64,000 bases of DNA from Octopus sinensis (GCF_006345805.1 NC_042997.1:194866001-194930000); one strand, 5' to 3'; positions 36,781 to 50,616 are shown, numbered from the stretch's first letter. Notes: a model not told the origin generated them from the letters alone. Numbers and translations: made by a program.

Positions 36781-37292
36781 CCGTAAATCCTTGAGTATAG
36801 TCCGCCCTTGAGTATAATACACAGGGGATTTTTAGGAGGCTGTACCTCTGAAAAACCTAAACCTTGTGTATAATACGCACCCTTTCTCTAACTTGAGTCA
36901 AGGAGGTCTACATAACGTTCTTGGTTTGTAAAAATATATACGGTAACGTACTTTATTATTATTGTATATATAACATAATGCAAACGTGTAGCTTTTTTGT
37001 GCATTTTGTTTGCAGAAAATAATGAAATAACAGTAATAACATTTAATAAATGTTGCTTACTGCAAGTTACGGATGATTCTTTTATGACTTCACTACTTTC
37101 AGGCTTAGCTTAAGGTATTTTCGCGCCCGACATCACAAAATGCGTCTGAATAAACATAGCCAGACAGCAAATAGAGACTTGAACATTGCTTAGAAAATAA
37201 TTTTCATTTTTAACCTCGTATATAGTACGCACTAGGGATTTTGACCTTTAAATTTTGGGAAAAAAATGCGGATTATACTCGAGGATTTACGG
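36781..37292. mobile_element. pogo/Tigger-like MITE, complete
   Basis: TIR CCGTAAATCCT(T/C)GAGTATA, TA TSD on both sides. Confidence 0.9.
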
Positions 37293-37576
37293 TAGATACA
37301 TTAACATTTTAGCATTTGAACCAGCCATATCCAGCCCAAATATTTTGTCTGTTTTCAGTTCAAACTGGCCTAATCTTGTCTCTCACACCAACCCTACAAT
37401 GTCCTTCTAAAAATAAGCTATCACATCACTGGAATCTCAAAGATACTGCTAAGTTGATTCACAACGATACTCTTTAACTCTTTTACTTGTTTCAGTCATT
37501 TGACTGTGACCATGCTGGAGCACTGCCTTTAGTCGAGCAAATCGACCCCAGGACTTATTCTTCGTAAGCCTAGTAC

Positions 37577-37892
37577 TGAAAGCGATGAAGTCATAAAAGA
37601 ATCATCCATAACTTGCAATAAACAACATTCATTAAACGTTATTACTGTTATTTCTTTATTTTCTGCAAACAAAATGCACAAAAAAGCTACACGTTAGTAT
37701 TATGTTATATATACAATAATAATAAAGGACGTTACTGTATACTTTTTTTACAAACCAAGGACGTTATATAGACCTCCTTGACTCAAGTTAGAGAAGGGGT
37801 GCATATTATACACAAGGTTTTTCAGAGGTACAGCCCCCTAAAAATCTCCTGCATATTATACTCAAGAGCAGACTATACTTGAGGATCTACGG
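37577..37892. mobile_element. Partial inverted second copy of the 36781 MITE
   Basis: Reverse complement of about 36781-37100. Confidence 0.88.
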
Positions 37893-39644
37893 CATGCATT
37901 ATTATGTTTGGTTCAAATTACTGGACAGTCATTGCTGGAACAGCCTGATCAGGGCTCACTTGGGCCTTAATAACAACAACAACAACAACAACATTAACAA
38001 TAGACATTTATAACATGAAAGTTTTATGGTTGAATGGTTGGGCAATTGAGAAGTTTCTTATTTCTTTATTGCCCACAAGGGGCTAAACATAGAGGGGACA
38101 AACAAGGACAGACAAATGGATTAAGTCGATTACATTGACACCAGTGCATAACTGGTACTTAATTTATTGCTCCTGAAAGGATGAAAGGCAAAGTCGACCT
38201 CGGCGGAATTTGAACTCAGAATGTAGCGACAGACGAAATACTGCAAAGCTTTTTGCCCGGCGTGCTAACGTTTCTGCCAGCTCACTGTCAAATTGAGAAG
38301 TTTCTGTTTCTCTGCCATCTTATGAATCTTCATGACTAAATAAGCACGAATAAATAAAATTAATTAAAAAGTAAATAAAATCCCACCAAAAAAAAACAAC
38401 ATAATTAATGAGAAGAATACGACAGCTTTCATGGTTTTTATTCATTTATTTATTTACTTATTTTACATCAAAAATTCCCTCAAATTTTTCTGTCTTCAAA
38501 ATTTCATTCATATTGAAAAAATAAGTTTGAACTTCTTCAGGCCTAGCCACATTGATTCTGAACCCCAGAGTAGTAGTAGTAGTAGTAGTTGTCCTTTCTA
38601 CTATAAGGGCTGAAAGTTAGTTGATTACATCGAACCCAGTGCTCAACTGGTACTATTTTATCAACCCTGAAAGGATGAAAAGCAAAGTCAACCTTTGAAT
38701 AGAATTTGAATGAAGAATGTAAAGATGGACAAAATGTCTGGTGCAGTGACAATTCTGCAAGACTCCAGGAGCTCCAACAAAACCTGAGTCAATAATAATA
38801 ATAATGATGATGATGATTTCAAATTTTGACACAAAGCCAGCAATTTTGGGGGAAGGGGGTAAATTGATTATATCGACCTCAGTGCTTAAATGGTACTTTT
38901 TAATTGACCCCGAAAGAATAAAAGGCAAAGTTGACCTTGTTGGAATTTGAACTCAGAACACAAAGACGGAAGAATTGCCATGAAGCATTTAGCCCTGCAT
39001 GCTAATGATTCAGCTAGCTCACCACCTTAGTAGTAGTAGTAGTAATAATAATAATAATAATAATAATAATCCTTTCTACTAGAAGCAAAAGGCCTCAAAT
39101 TTGGTGGGGAAGGGATTAAATTGATTATATCGACCCCAGTGTGTAACTGGTACTTATTTAATCGACACAGAAAGAAGGAAAGGCAAAGTCAGCCTCAGCA
39201 GAATCTGAACTCAGAATGTAGTGGCAGACGAAATACCTCTAAGCATTTCGCCTGGCATGCTAATGATTCTGTCAGCTCGTCACCTGCTAATGATTCTGCC
39301 AGCTTGATGATGTTTCTAACGTAGGCACAAAACTAGAAATTTATGTTAAGGTGATTATACTGACATCAGTATTTGACATAATATATTATTTTATTGACAT
39401 TGGAAGGAAGAGGTTAAGTAGAACTCTATTATACATGGGTGGTGGAGATTCTGAAGGTGGAAGGAGGACACAGGTGGTGAAGGACTGAATTAAAAAATTA
39501 GGTTGAGTTTACAGTCTTCTACTACCCAAATCCACTAACTTAAGCTAACATTCCCTCATCCCCAACTAGCTATGTGCTTAATTAATCTTATGAAATAAAT
39601 AATTATATAAATGAATTTTATATTGTTGTGAGGATTCTTCCCTG

Positions 39645-39984
39645 TCAATGCTGAGACCCCCTTCGGTCATGACTGACCATGGAATTGTACCGAGAAAGTT
39701 ATCCTCCCAGGCACAAGACGGGTAATTTTGTTTATGGATGACCAGCAGTCGCCCATGCATACCGGCCTCCTCTCTCCACGCCACCAGTGTTATCCAAGGG
39801 AAAGGCAAAGGGGCCGATACAGCTTGGCACCTGTGACATCGCAACTCATTTCTACAGCCGAGTGAACTGGAGCAACATGAAATAAAGTGTCTTGTTCAAG
39901 AACACAACACGCAGACCAGTCTGGGATTTGAACTCACAACCTCATGATCATAAGCTCGATGTTCTAACCACTGAGCCATATGCC
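39645..39984 (-). mobile_element. tRNA-derived SINE family D
   Basis: Head GGCATATGGCTCAGTGGTTAGAAC...GAGTTCAAATCCC then GTGTTCTTGAACAAGACACTT. Confidence 0.8.
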
Positions 39985-41218
39985 TTCCCTTTCAATAAAC
40001 AACTGTATAATATCACCAACAAAGGAGCATATAAGAATATTTCCATCAGCCACTGGGACTCATAAACCAGTTAATGAAAAATGGATCACCTCCTGGAGAG
40101 GATGCTAGTCCATCCTAGTGTGACATTCCCAAAACACATTGTACCAATTTCCAACAACTAGGTAAACTAATCCTCCTCCTTGGTCACATCTTACATGACG
40201 ACCACGACCACCACTATCATTGTGATGTTGGTATGAAACAGATGAATCTGTGGTCTATCATGTTACCATTCTTTTCTATCCTGCATTATCTTGTCTGTGA
40301 GACCCAACACTCTTAAGTTAAACCTTCCTATTTTTCCTATGTTTTCTACTGCCATGCACCCCCCACACTCCCATCCAATAAACTCACAAAACTGTGTTAC
40401 CCACTAGAAAGACATCAATGTTGTGGCTTGCAAAGCCTTTTTTGATTTTCTTCAATAGTTTTAATGAGAAGATAAAAAATAGCAAATACTGAAATAGTAA
40501 AAGAGTTCTAATTCATATTTCGTTTTTGGATTTGGTTTGCAAGATTCTTTATGAGTTCGTGTGTTGAAGCATATTCTGTTGTGTCTGGGGAGAGTCATTT
40601 TCTTTTTGTGCCTTATTATTTAACACACTCACCGGTAAAATTTCCACTTATTTCTTATTTTCATTTTCCTAAAATTTTCGTTGCATCTTGCAACCTTTTC
40701 AATAGTCTTGACTATTGAACTACAAGCGACTTGGCAACCCCACTGGCACTACATAAGAAGCACCCAGTCCATTCAGTAAAGAGGTTGGCACTAGGAAGGG
40801 CATCCAGCTGTAGAAACCAGGCCAAAACAGACAATTGAGGTCTGGTGCAGCTCTCTGGTTTGTCAGCCCCTGTAAAACCGTCCAACCCATGCCAGCATCA
40901 AAAACGGACATTAAATGATGATGGAGTCCATTTTCTGACTCCAAAGACTCTTCTACAAATCTAAAATAATTTGCTTTTATATTTGTTCTGCAGACTATTA
41001 TTCTGACATTGCATACAGCAAGACTCAATCCTCATCCTGATTCTAGTGTCCACTTATCCATGCTTGCATGGTGCTAGACAGACTTTGCTGAGGTAGATTT
41101 TCTACAGCTGGATGCCCTTCCTGTCACCAACCCTTACCGGTTTCCAGGCAAGGAGGATTGAAAATGAGGGACCATCACTTGTATGGTAGTGACAATCGTT
41201 TTACAACTACCACCTTAT

Positions 41219-41598
41219 ACCTATTTCTTTACTACCCACAAGGGGCTAAACACAGAGAGGACAAACAAACGGATTAAGTTGATTATATCAACCACAGTAC
41301 GTAACTGGTACTTATTTAATCGACCCTGAAAGGATGAAAGGCAAAGTCGACCTCGGCGTAATTTGAACTCAGAACGTAGCAGCAGACGAAAATACCTATT
41401 TCTTTACTACCCACAAGGGGCTAAACAGATTAAGTCGATTATATTGACCCCGGTGCGTAACTGGCACTTATTTAATCAACTCCGAAAGGATGAAAGGCAA
41501 AGTCAACCTCGGCGGAATTTGAACTCAGAACGTAACGGCAGACGAAATACTGCTAAGCATTTTGCCCGGCGTGCTAACGTTTCTGCCAGCTCGCCACC
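41219..41598 (-). mobile_element. SINE B dimer
   Basis: Junction at 41396/41397. Confidence 0.9.
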
Positions 41599-43296
41599 AC
41601 AACTACCCCCTTATATCAAGACAATGGATGTCTTTTCTCTTTTACTTGTTTCAGCTATTAAACTCCAGCCATGCAGGGACTCCACCTTGAAAATTTTTTA
41701 AGCCTTGGACTCATTCTATCAGTCCCATTTGCTGAACAGCTAAGTTATAGCAACATAAACAAACCAACATTGGTTGTCAAACAGTGGTGGGGGACAGACA
41801 CACACTCACAGATGGGCTTTTCTCAGTTTCCATCTACCAAATCCACTGCACCAGGCTCCAATTGTCTGTTTTGGCATGGTTTCTACAATTGGATTGCCCT
41901 TCCTAGTGCCAACTATTTTACAGAGTGTGGACTGGATGCTTCCTATGTAGTGCCAGTGGGGTCACCAAGTCCCTTGTAATCCAAAATGAAGTAGAACGCT
42001 TTTACTATTAGTATCAAAACTTTCCACTTCTATAGTAGAAAACACGCGCCCAAAGTACTATGCAGTGGGATTGAACCTGGGACTATGTCGTTGAGACGTG
42101 AACTTCTCACCACACAGCCAGGCCCACTCCTATACATATATTTCAATCATTATTATAATCATTATGAGTTACCACTTATAAATTTTTAACCCATTTCAAC
42201 CCACCTCTAATCTTATTACCTATTTCTTTACTACCCACAAGGGGCTAAACACAGAGAGGACAAACAAGAACAAATGGATTAAGTCGATTACATCGACCCC
42301 AGTGCATAACTGGTACTTATTTAATCGACCCTGAAAGGATGAAAGGCAAAGTCGACCTGGGTGGAATTTGAACTCAGAACGTAGCGGCAGACGAAATACC
42401 GCTAAGCATTTCGCTCGGCGTGCTAACGTTTCTGCCAACTCGCAGCCTTATTATTACTTCTGTGTTTCACTTCCCAGGGGCCTTACTAAAATCTAGTGCC
42501 CTACCCTGTACACCCACTTTTAATTTCATTATTACCATAACCCTGTCATTTCCCCACCCCAGGGGTCGTAAATAAACATTCATGTTCCACTTTGTACATT
42601 CATTTCTAATTTCCTTATTAGTGCTAATGTGAAGATGAAGGTCACCATCACAACAACGAAGACCACCACAACCTCTACCACCACCACCATCATGTTTGAA
42701 TGAAAATTGCTGGTAAAGTAAAAATTATTAATTGATTTGTAAATCAAATACTAATAAAGTTTAATATTTTTTTTTGTTTTCTATTAGTTCAGTATTTATT
42801 AAAAAAAAAGAACAGTTTTAAACCTTTTGTTATCATATTTCTGTTGGGATGCTCTATGTTTCTTTCAATTAATTTTAAATATACTCTCTCCTTTACTCTA
42901 TTACTTGTTTCAGTCATTTGACTGCGGCCATGTTGGAGCACCGCCTTTAGTTGAGCAAATTGACCCCAAGACTTATTCTTTGTAAGCCTAGTACTTATTC
43001 TGTCGGTCTCTTTTGCTGAACCGCTAAGTTACGGGGACGCAAACACAGCAGCATCGGTTGTCAAGCAATGTTGGGGGAACAAACACAGACACACACATAT
43101 ATACGACGGGCTTCTTTCACATTCCGTCTACTAGCTGGGGAACACATACGCCATTGAAACCAGGAAACCAGGTCCATGAGCCTGGCTAGGCTTTAAAAGG
43201 GTGCATTTATTATTATTTAATTAGTAAGATAATTAATCGGTTACTTATGATCATTCAGATGATAAAAAAGAATTCATATTTGCCTTGTTTAATTAA

Positions 43297-43507
43297 CCCT
43301 TTCGTTACTAACTTGGCTGAAACCTGTAGTACAAATGTCTTGTTTTCATAAGTTTTGAATTAAAATCTTTCCCCAAACCTTAATCACAATTTATGTTCCT
43401 AACACTAGCTTAATGATAACTAAGTCATTTTACTAAATTCTTTGTTATATTTAAAATTAATTGAAACAAACACAGAGCATCTCAAAAGAAATATGGTAAT
43501 GAAAGGG
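43297..43507. mobile_element. piggyBac-like MITE
   Basis: TTAA TSD, CCC/GGG ends. Confidence 0.9.
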
Positions 43508-44571
43508 TTAAAGGATAAAAGTGAACAATAAGCTCTTTTGAATTTATCTATATAAATGTGTGTATGTATGTATATATGTATGTATAAATATATGATGATG
43601 ATGGTGTGTGTGAGAATGTATATATGTATGCATTTATTTTTTCATTTGTTTAAACCCTCCATTTTCCAATGCTAGCACAGGTAGAGCAGGGACTTATTTG
43701 AGACAGATTTTATTAGCCAGATGCTCTTCTAGTTGCTAATCCTTCCTTGATTTTCAAATAAGGGAGTTTAAAAAAAATTTTTTTTATACCTCACAGGTCC
43801 TTAAAAGCATAGAATATTTGCAGAAGTGTCAACATCACATCACTGCCATGCTAGCACAAGACAAGCAGTGACAAAAAAGAGCTATGAAGTTTAGTAACAT
43901 TTGCATGCACACACACACATATGTGTAAGTATAATATTTCTTATCTTGGTTGAAGCAGTCACTTGCTATTCTAGAGTTTGTCCCATGTGTTGACAAGGCG
44001 ATCAGTTATAACTTGCCACAAGGTATTTTATGCATCGCTCTACTGCTTATTTCTAATATAGGCACAAGGCAAGAAATTTTTTGAGTTAGAATATAATTGA
44101 TGAGATCAACCCCATTATTAAATGCTTTTATTTTGTCAACCCCAGAAGAATAAAACTTGGTATGATTGGAACTCAAAATGTAAAGGTACATACCTAATTA
44201 GCACGAAACATTTTGTCTGGTGCTCCACTGACTCTACAACCTTAAAAGTAAAAACGCTAAGTACCAAGACAACACAATCAGCATTACTAATATACATTTG
44301 TGAATTATCTACAAAATATCACATAATTTAAAATACGAAGTCCTGAATTATTTGTTGTTGTTATGTCACTCTTTGGTTGTTGTACTTAATAAAACACATC
44401 AATATGATAAAAAGTAGCCAGGAGATTAAATTCCATAGATATCGAAGGCAGTTTCTCCTCAACTTATTTCCTTGAAACAGAAGGGAAGTGTTTTTTTTTT
44501 TTGTCCTTCACTAATCTTCAGATATTATATTGATTAAATCGACGATAATAAATATCATTCGCTTCTTTCTC

Positions 44572-44577
44572 TTTATT
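44572..44577 (-). terminator. Candidate polyadenylation signal of the ValRS gene
   Basis: AATAAA about 170 nt after the stop codon. Confidence 0.4.
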
Positions 44578-44748
44578 CTTTACCACAATATTTATAAATA
44601 TATGTACAGATATGTACATCAACCACTCCCGCGTCTTCTCGGACGTGTAAGTCTACACAGAAATGAATTATTACACAGCCTGATCCAGTTATAAATTAAG
44701 GCCGAGCAGTGACAATATTCTTGATAGATGTTATGCATCTACACCGTT

Positions 44749-44820
44749 TCAGGGTTCCAGCTTTTCTAAGACGGACACATAGTTCTGAAGCCGGTCAAGT
44801 TCAGAATTGAGGTTTTCAAC
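44749..44820 (-). CDS. VARS2: Valyl-tRNA synthetase, last exon (VENLNSELDRLQNYVSVLEKLEP*)
   Basis: T-rich ctag acceptor, phase 0, coiled-coil-like end, TGA. Confidence 0.85.
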   Translation of the reverse strand, partial: VENLNSELDRLQNYVSVLEKLEP

Positions 44821-46426
44821 CTAGAAAAAAAAAATTAGAAAAATCATTATGTACACAGACAGTGATGGTCACCATTGGAATCTTTATTGTTAACAATCAC
44901 TACCACTACCATCACCTCAACCACCATTATACAGCAGCAGCCGTTCAAGAATTTGGACCTGGAGATCTCCATTTCCAGCGACTTCGAGGGCCACCTCCCA
45001 GTGGTGTCGGGCGTCAACGAAGAGCCCTCCACTACAACAAAACGACCAAAGTTTTTTTTATTTTTCCAAGGTCTGGGGGGCTCCTAAGCCCTAGACCATC
45101 ACCTAATCACCCTTACCCGTCTTGTTGCTTAACAACAACAACAACAACAACAGCAGCAGCAGCTACTACCACTGCTACTGCCCACAATAGCCATTTACCA
45201 CCACCACTGACGCCACTACCACTACCACCAAGAAATAGCAGCCAAATCTCCCTCAAATTACACTATATTGTTTTTTAAAAAATTAAAGGAAAGACACATT
45301 GGAGATGTAGTCCTTGATAAACTATGTCAGAAAAACACAACAATGAAAAGAAAAGAAAGACAGGGTGTTACTACTGGAATGATTTTGATCAGAGGTTTAC
45401 TGGATCAAACCTGACCTCAGGTTAAACTGACCCCTTTTCTCTCACTTTAACCTCTCATCCCATAGAATAAAGCTGCCCCCCCACTCAATCAATAGGGATC
45501 TCTCACTTTAACCTCTCATCCCATAGAATAAAGCTGCCCCCACTCAATCAATAGGGATCATAGTCTTGCAGGCAGCATGGTGACTTCACTAATGCTGGTG
45601 CCACAACAAATACACCCAGTATACATTATAAAGTGGTTGGTTGGTGTTAGGAAAGGCATCCAGCTGTGGAAACATTGCCAAAGCAGATGTTGAAATACGA
45701 TGAAGTCTTTGGACCGGTCAAGCATAAAGCCATCTCCCTCTCTTCTGTAGCTCTGTTCAGTCAAAGTAGTTCTCAGTCTTGGAGGCTACATGGCAACCTC
45801 AGCAGTCTTGGTGCCACTATAAAATGCACCCAGTATATGTTGTGAAGTGGTTGGCATCAGGAAGGGCATCCAGTCATAGAAGCCATGCCGAAGAAGTCGC
45901 TGGAGCACGATGTGGTCTTAAGCCACCAACCCATGCCATGATCAAACATGGATGTTGAATAAGTGATGGATGATGATGTTACTAGCATGTTTACTACATA
46001 ACATCACTGTTCCCAGAAGGACAAAGGATAAAGCTAACTTTGATAGAATTTGAACCCTGAACCAATGAAGTACTCAAGATGGTTGTCTGGAGAGAATATT
46101 AATGCCAGTCACCATCCGTACGTGGCCAATCCAGCGCCGCCTTTACTGGCTTCCGTGCCGGTGGCACATAAAAAGCACCAACCGATCGTGGCTGTTGCCA
46201 GCCTCCCCTGGCACCTGTGCCGGTGGCACGTAAAAAGGACCCACTACACTCACGGAGTGGTTGGCATTAGGAAGGGCATCCAGCTGTAGAAACTCCGCCA
46301 AATCAAGATTGGAGCCTGGTGCAGCCACCTAGCTTCCCAGACCCTGGTCGAACCGTCCAACCCATGCTAGTATGGAAAACGGACATTAAAGGATGGTGAT
46401 GATGATAATGATGAAACTATACTTAC

Positions 46427-46567
46427 AGCTTTTATCTTCTTTTCATCAACAAGTTCGTTATTTCTCAGGTCTCTGTTCATCGAAGCTGCAATTTTTTCCA
46501 GCTCTTTCAACACTTTCTCCACCTTTTTAGTGAGTTTGTTCAACTCAATGACAGGATCCACCAAACC
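46427..46567 (-). CDS. VARS2: ValRS exon, C-terminal coiled coil (GLVDPVIELNKLTKK...EKKIKA)
   Basis: GLVDP motif as in VARS2; cag/GTAAGT; phase 0/0. Confidence 0.93.
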
Positions 46568-46570
46568 CTG

Positions 46571-46616
<46 letters not shown>

Positions 46617-47139
46617 TTCTCTTATAAGTACAAGGCCTGAAATTTTGAGAGATAGGGTTAGTTGATTACATTGACTCCAGTACTTAACTGGTTCATTTTT
46701 TGTTGACTCCAAAAGGATGAAAGTCAAAGTCGACCTCATTGGAATTTGAACTCAAATGAACAAGATGAGGACACATATCATCTTGTAACAACAAGCATAA
46801 AGAGGACACATGTCCAATGTAAATAATGCACAGAATTCCTCATCTCTAAAATAGAGAACAGTACTAAATGATAATAATGTTGCCTTGACAGGCTTCTGTG
46901 CCGGTGGCATGTAAAAAGCACCATCCGAACGTGGCTGATGCCAGCGCCGCCTCGACTGGCTTCTGTGTTGGTGGCACGTAAAAAGCACCAACCGATCATG
47001 GCCGCTGCCAGATCAGACTGGAGCCTGGTGCAGCCTCCTGGCTTCCCAGACCCTGGTCGAACCATCCAACCTGTGCTAGCACGGAAAACGGATGTTAAAT
47101 GATGATAAAGATGATGTTGATAACACTAAGAGCACATAC

Positions 47140-47321
47140 CTGAAGACTCAAATGCACTTGGCAGGTGTCAGCCACTGCTTTTGATGATACACAGCCGTGA
47201 GGAATATTTAGGATTCCGTAGATGAAGTTTACTGAAGCCGATCTCGAGAGTGTGGATATTGGTACAGAGTAGTTCTGAGAGAGGCGATCCAGCAGGATTT
47301 CATTGGAAGAACTGATGAAAA
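47140..47321 (-). CDS. VARS2: ValRS exon (FISSSNEILL...DTCQVHLSLQ)
   Basis: tag/GTATGT; phase 1 to 0, 182 nt open. Confidence 0.9.
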
Positions 47322-47862
47322 CTAGAGAAAAAAAAAGGTAAATTGGAATAAATAGTGAGTATCAGTTATATCTGGAAGAAAATGGTAATAAGAGTGTTCA
47401 GGAGTGTTGTTTTAAGGAACTGGTGAAGGTAACAGTAGTAGTGCTGGTGGTGATGGCACTGGAAGTAATAGCAATGGTGGTGGTGGTAGTAATGGTGTTG
47501 GTAGTGATTGTAGTGGGCGGCGAGCTGGTAGAAACGTTAGCACGGCGGGCAAAATGCTAAGCGGTATTTTGTCTGTCGTTATGTTCTGAGTTCAAATTCC
47601 GCCGAGGTCAACTTTGCCTTTCATCCTTTCGAGGTCGATTAAATAAGTACCAGTTATGCACTGGGGTCGATGTAATCGACTTAATCCGCTTGTCCCCTCT
47701 ATGTTTAGCCCCTTGTGGGTAGTAAAGAAAGAGGTAGTGATTGTAGTGGTGATGATGGTGGTAGTGGTGACGGCAGTCGACATCCCAATCAAACCAAAGA
47801 AAATATGCTTCTATTGTTTTTTTTTTCCTTGCTGTGTCTCAGGCACAGAAGTGTCACTGTTC

Positions 47863-48309
47863 TTATTTCTTTATTGCCCACAAGGTGGTACACACAGAGG
47901 GGACAAACAAGGACAGACAAACGGATTAAGTCGATTATATTCACCCCAGTGTGTAACTGGTACTTATTTAATCGACTCCAAAAGGATGAAAGGCAAAGTC
48001 GACCTCGGCAGAATTTTAACTCAGAATGTAAAGATAGACGAAATACCTCTAAGCATTTCGCACAGCGTGCTAACCTTTCTTATTTCTTTATTGCCCACAA
48101 GGGGCTAAACACAGAGGAAACAAACAAGGACAGACAAACGGATTAAGTCAATTATATCGACCCCAGTGCGTAACTGGTACTTATTTAATCGACCCCAAAA
48201 GGATGAAAGGCAAAGTCAACCTCGGCGGAATTTGAACTCAGAACGTAAAGACAGATGAAATACCGCTAAACATTTCGCCCGGCGTGCTAACGTTTCTGCT
48301 AGCTCACCA
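47863..48309 (-). mobile_element. SINE B dimer with a second junction type
   Basis: Junction AAATAAGAAA-GGTTAGCAC near 48080. Confidence 0.88.
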
Positions 48310-48772
48310 CTGTTCTTTCAGTTTGGTAAGCACAGATGGGATTTGAACTCAGAATGTACTATGCAAGAACAGAGACTACCAGGCATCCCAACTGACATTC
48401 TAACAATTCCTGTAGTCCACTGCTTTGAGCTGATGTTTTATTTATCAATCCTGAATAATGAAAGGCAAAGTTGACCTCAGCAGGATTTGAACTCAGAGTA
48501 CAGTGTCAGAAGAAATACCATATGTTTGTCACCTGTGTCTCCTTGTCTTGACATTGTGCCATAGTTATAAACAAGTGTCACCATTATACAACCGCTGATT
48601 TCTATCCTATCTTCCATGAAGAAATATTTTCTTACTTGGAACCAGGTAAGAATTGGTGACAGGAAAAGCATTTTGTTATAGAAAAATCTGCCTGACCCAA
48701 GCAAGCATGGAAAATTGGACATTAAAATGATGATGATGATAATGCTAAGTAAAACTTCTCTGAAAAACTTAC

Positions 48773-48884
48773 TGTTTCCTTTAGCTTTGGTCAAACTAAA
48801 TTCTTTCCTCAAAAACAATGCCTGACTGCAGAGATCTTGTACGATATTCATGTCTTCTTCGATGAATTGATTTCGCCAGATAAA
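48773..48884 (-). CDS. VARS2: ValRS exon (FIWRNQFIEEDMNIVQDLCSQALFLRKEFSLTKAKGN)
   Basis: cag/GTAAGT; phase 0 to 1; anticodon-binding domain. Confidence 0.92.
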
Positions 48885-49109
48885 CTGTTGTCAGAATATG
48901 AAAATAAAATAATGAAATAATAAATTAGCTTTCTCTTAAATTTTTCACTTGCTGAGATAGTTCTCGTGGTTAAGAGAGACATTTCTCTGTAGAGAGAATA
49001 TTTCTCTATATATACATACATACATACACAACCATACACACATATAATAATGACATAAAACTTGGGTTCATGATGTATATACACACACACACACATATAT
49101 ATATATATA

Positions 49110-49325
49110 CAGTAATCATTCGTCATATTGCAGTTCACTTATCGCGCACACAATACGTCACAGTTCACCACAGATTCTTCTGGCTAATATATGTAAATTT
49201 ATATCGCAGACCCCTCAGTATATCGCGGGTTTCTGAGGTCGATGGGTATTTATATTTTTTTAGATTTTAATTATTTCTCTGGGAGGTTTTGGAATATAAC
49301 TCTCACAATAGTCGAGGGATTACTG
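49110..49325. mobile_element. Degenerate Tigger/pogo-like MITE
   Basis: Imperfect TIR CAGTAATC..TCG; TA on the left only. Confidence 0.6.
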
Positions 49326-49530
49326 CCCACGCACCTGCCCGCCCGATGCACCAACCAATGTCATTTGCAGAGTTGTATTGTCTGATATTGTTCAGAAAAT
49401 CCTTTGACTGGATGGAAATGCCTTCTAGAAGATCCATAAGAGGTTGAGAAGGAGTTGGTAGTGCTGGCAATATTACCTGACAGCCTGAGCAGCACATACC
49501 ATTTGTTTCGTTTGTATATATGTTTCATGT
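49326..49530 (-). mobile_element. Helitron Rep-helicase N-terminal fragment
   Basis: ETNGMCCSGCQVILPALPTPSQPLMDLLEG...SKDFLNNIRQYNSA matches the Helitron GMCC..GKV.LP.L..P..L..LL..F..NIR.YNS pattern. Confidence 0.8.
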
Positions 49531-49875
49531 TACACTAAGAAGCAGCGCACAGAACCAGAATTTTAGACCAGAGTCAAATGTAACACACTACTCCAAATCC
49601 TTTTGCTAAGTTATGGGGATGAAAACATATCAATACCTGTTATGAAAAATTGTTGGAGGACAAATGTAGACACAAAGGTATACACACATACACACACGAC
49701 AGGCTTCTTTCAGTTTCTGTCAACCAAATCTACTGACACAAGGATCTGATTGGCCCAAAGCACTTGGCCAAGGTACTACACTGTGGAACTGAACCCGGAA
49801 GTTGGGAAGCAAATTTCTTACCAGACAGCCATGCTGCCATCTCATCGACAAGCTTCAATAAGCAAACGTACTTAC

Positions 49876-50082
49876 ATCCTTGGGGTTAGGGTAAGCAGCG
49901 TTGCATACACTGACATCGGAATGGCCACTTCTTTGCATAAGTTGTTGGTAGAGTTCCTCACTGAGGTAAGGCATAAAAGGACTGATGGCTTTCAGGTAAG
50001 TTTCCAGACAGAAATGTAACACCTGATTCACGGTTTCTTTTTCTTCTACTGAACCATTCTTTAAAACTGGTTTCACGGATTC
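49876..50082 (-). CDS. VARS2: ValRS exon (ESVKPVLK...LKAISPFMPYLSEELYQQL...AAYPNPKD)
   Basis: Class Ia anticodon-binding PFMPYLSEELY motif; cag/GTAAGT; phase 0/0. Confidence 0.97.
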
Positions 50083-50558
50083 CTGAAAAGAAAATATCAA
50101 GTTAACCCTTTCGGTCAAAACCCACCATGGTCCTATGATACAAAGTTTATGCTTTAAAGTTATCTGAATAAAAACCTTCCATGAAATTCTACGTTAATTT
50201 ATGCTCCAAACACAGATTAATAACGACAAAGTTATTTTATTAAATTCTTCAATATTTACCAAATTAACTGAAACAAAAGCAGTGTACATTCATCGTTTAA
50301 CGTCTGCTTTCCATGCTAGCATGGGTTGGGCCATTTTGACTGAGGGCTAGCGAAACCAGATGGCTGCACCAGGCTTCAATCTTGATCTGGCAGGGTTTCT
50401 ACAGCTGGATGCCCTTCCTAACGCCAACCACTCCAAGAGTGTAGTGGGTGCTTTTACGTGCCAGTCAGGCGGCACTGGCAACGACCTCGCTCGAATCTTT
50501 TACACATGCCACCGGCACGGGTATTCGACAGGTATTTGTCCTCATCTTGTTTGTTGTT

Positions 50559-50603
50559 AACATAACGTTTCGGCTGATATACCCTCCAGCCTTCTTCAGG
50601 TTC
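50559..50603 (-). ncRNA. Hammerhead motif with disrupted stem I (sense to the ValRS intron)
   Basis: CTGAAGA-A-GGCTG/CAGCC-GAAA-CG-T-T; 5' stem I strand replaced at the inversion junction. Confidence 0.45.
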
Positions 50604-50616
50604 AAAATTCCCCCAA

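Noticed and set aside
44930-45125. GC-rich segment with GGTCTGGGG/CCCTAGACC hairpin in the last ValRS intron
   Set aside because: Resembles a MITE remnant, but no TIR pair, TSD or second copy was found
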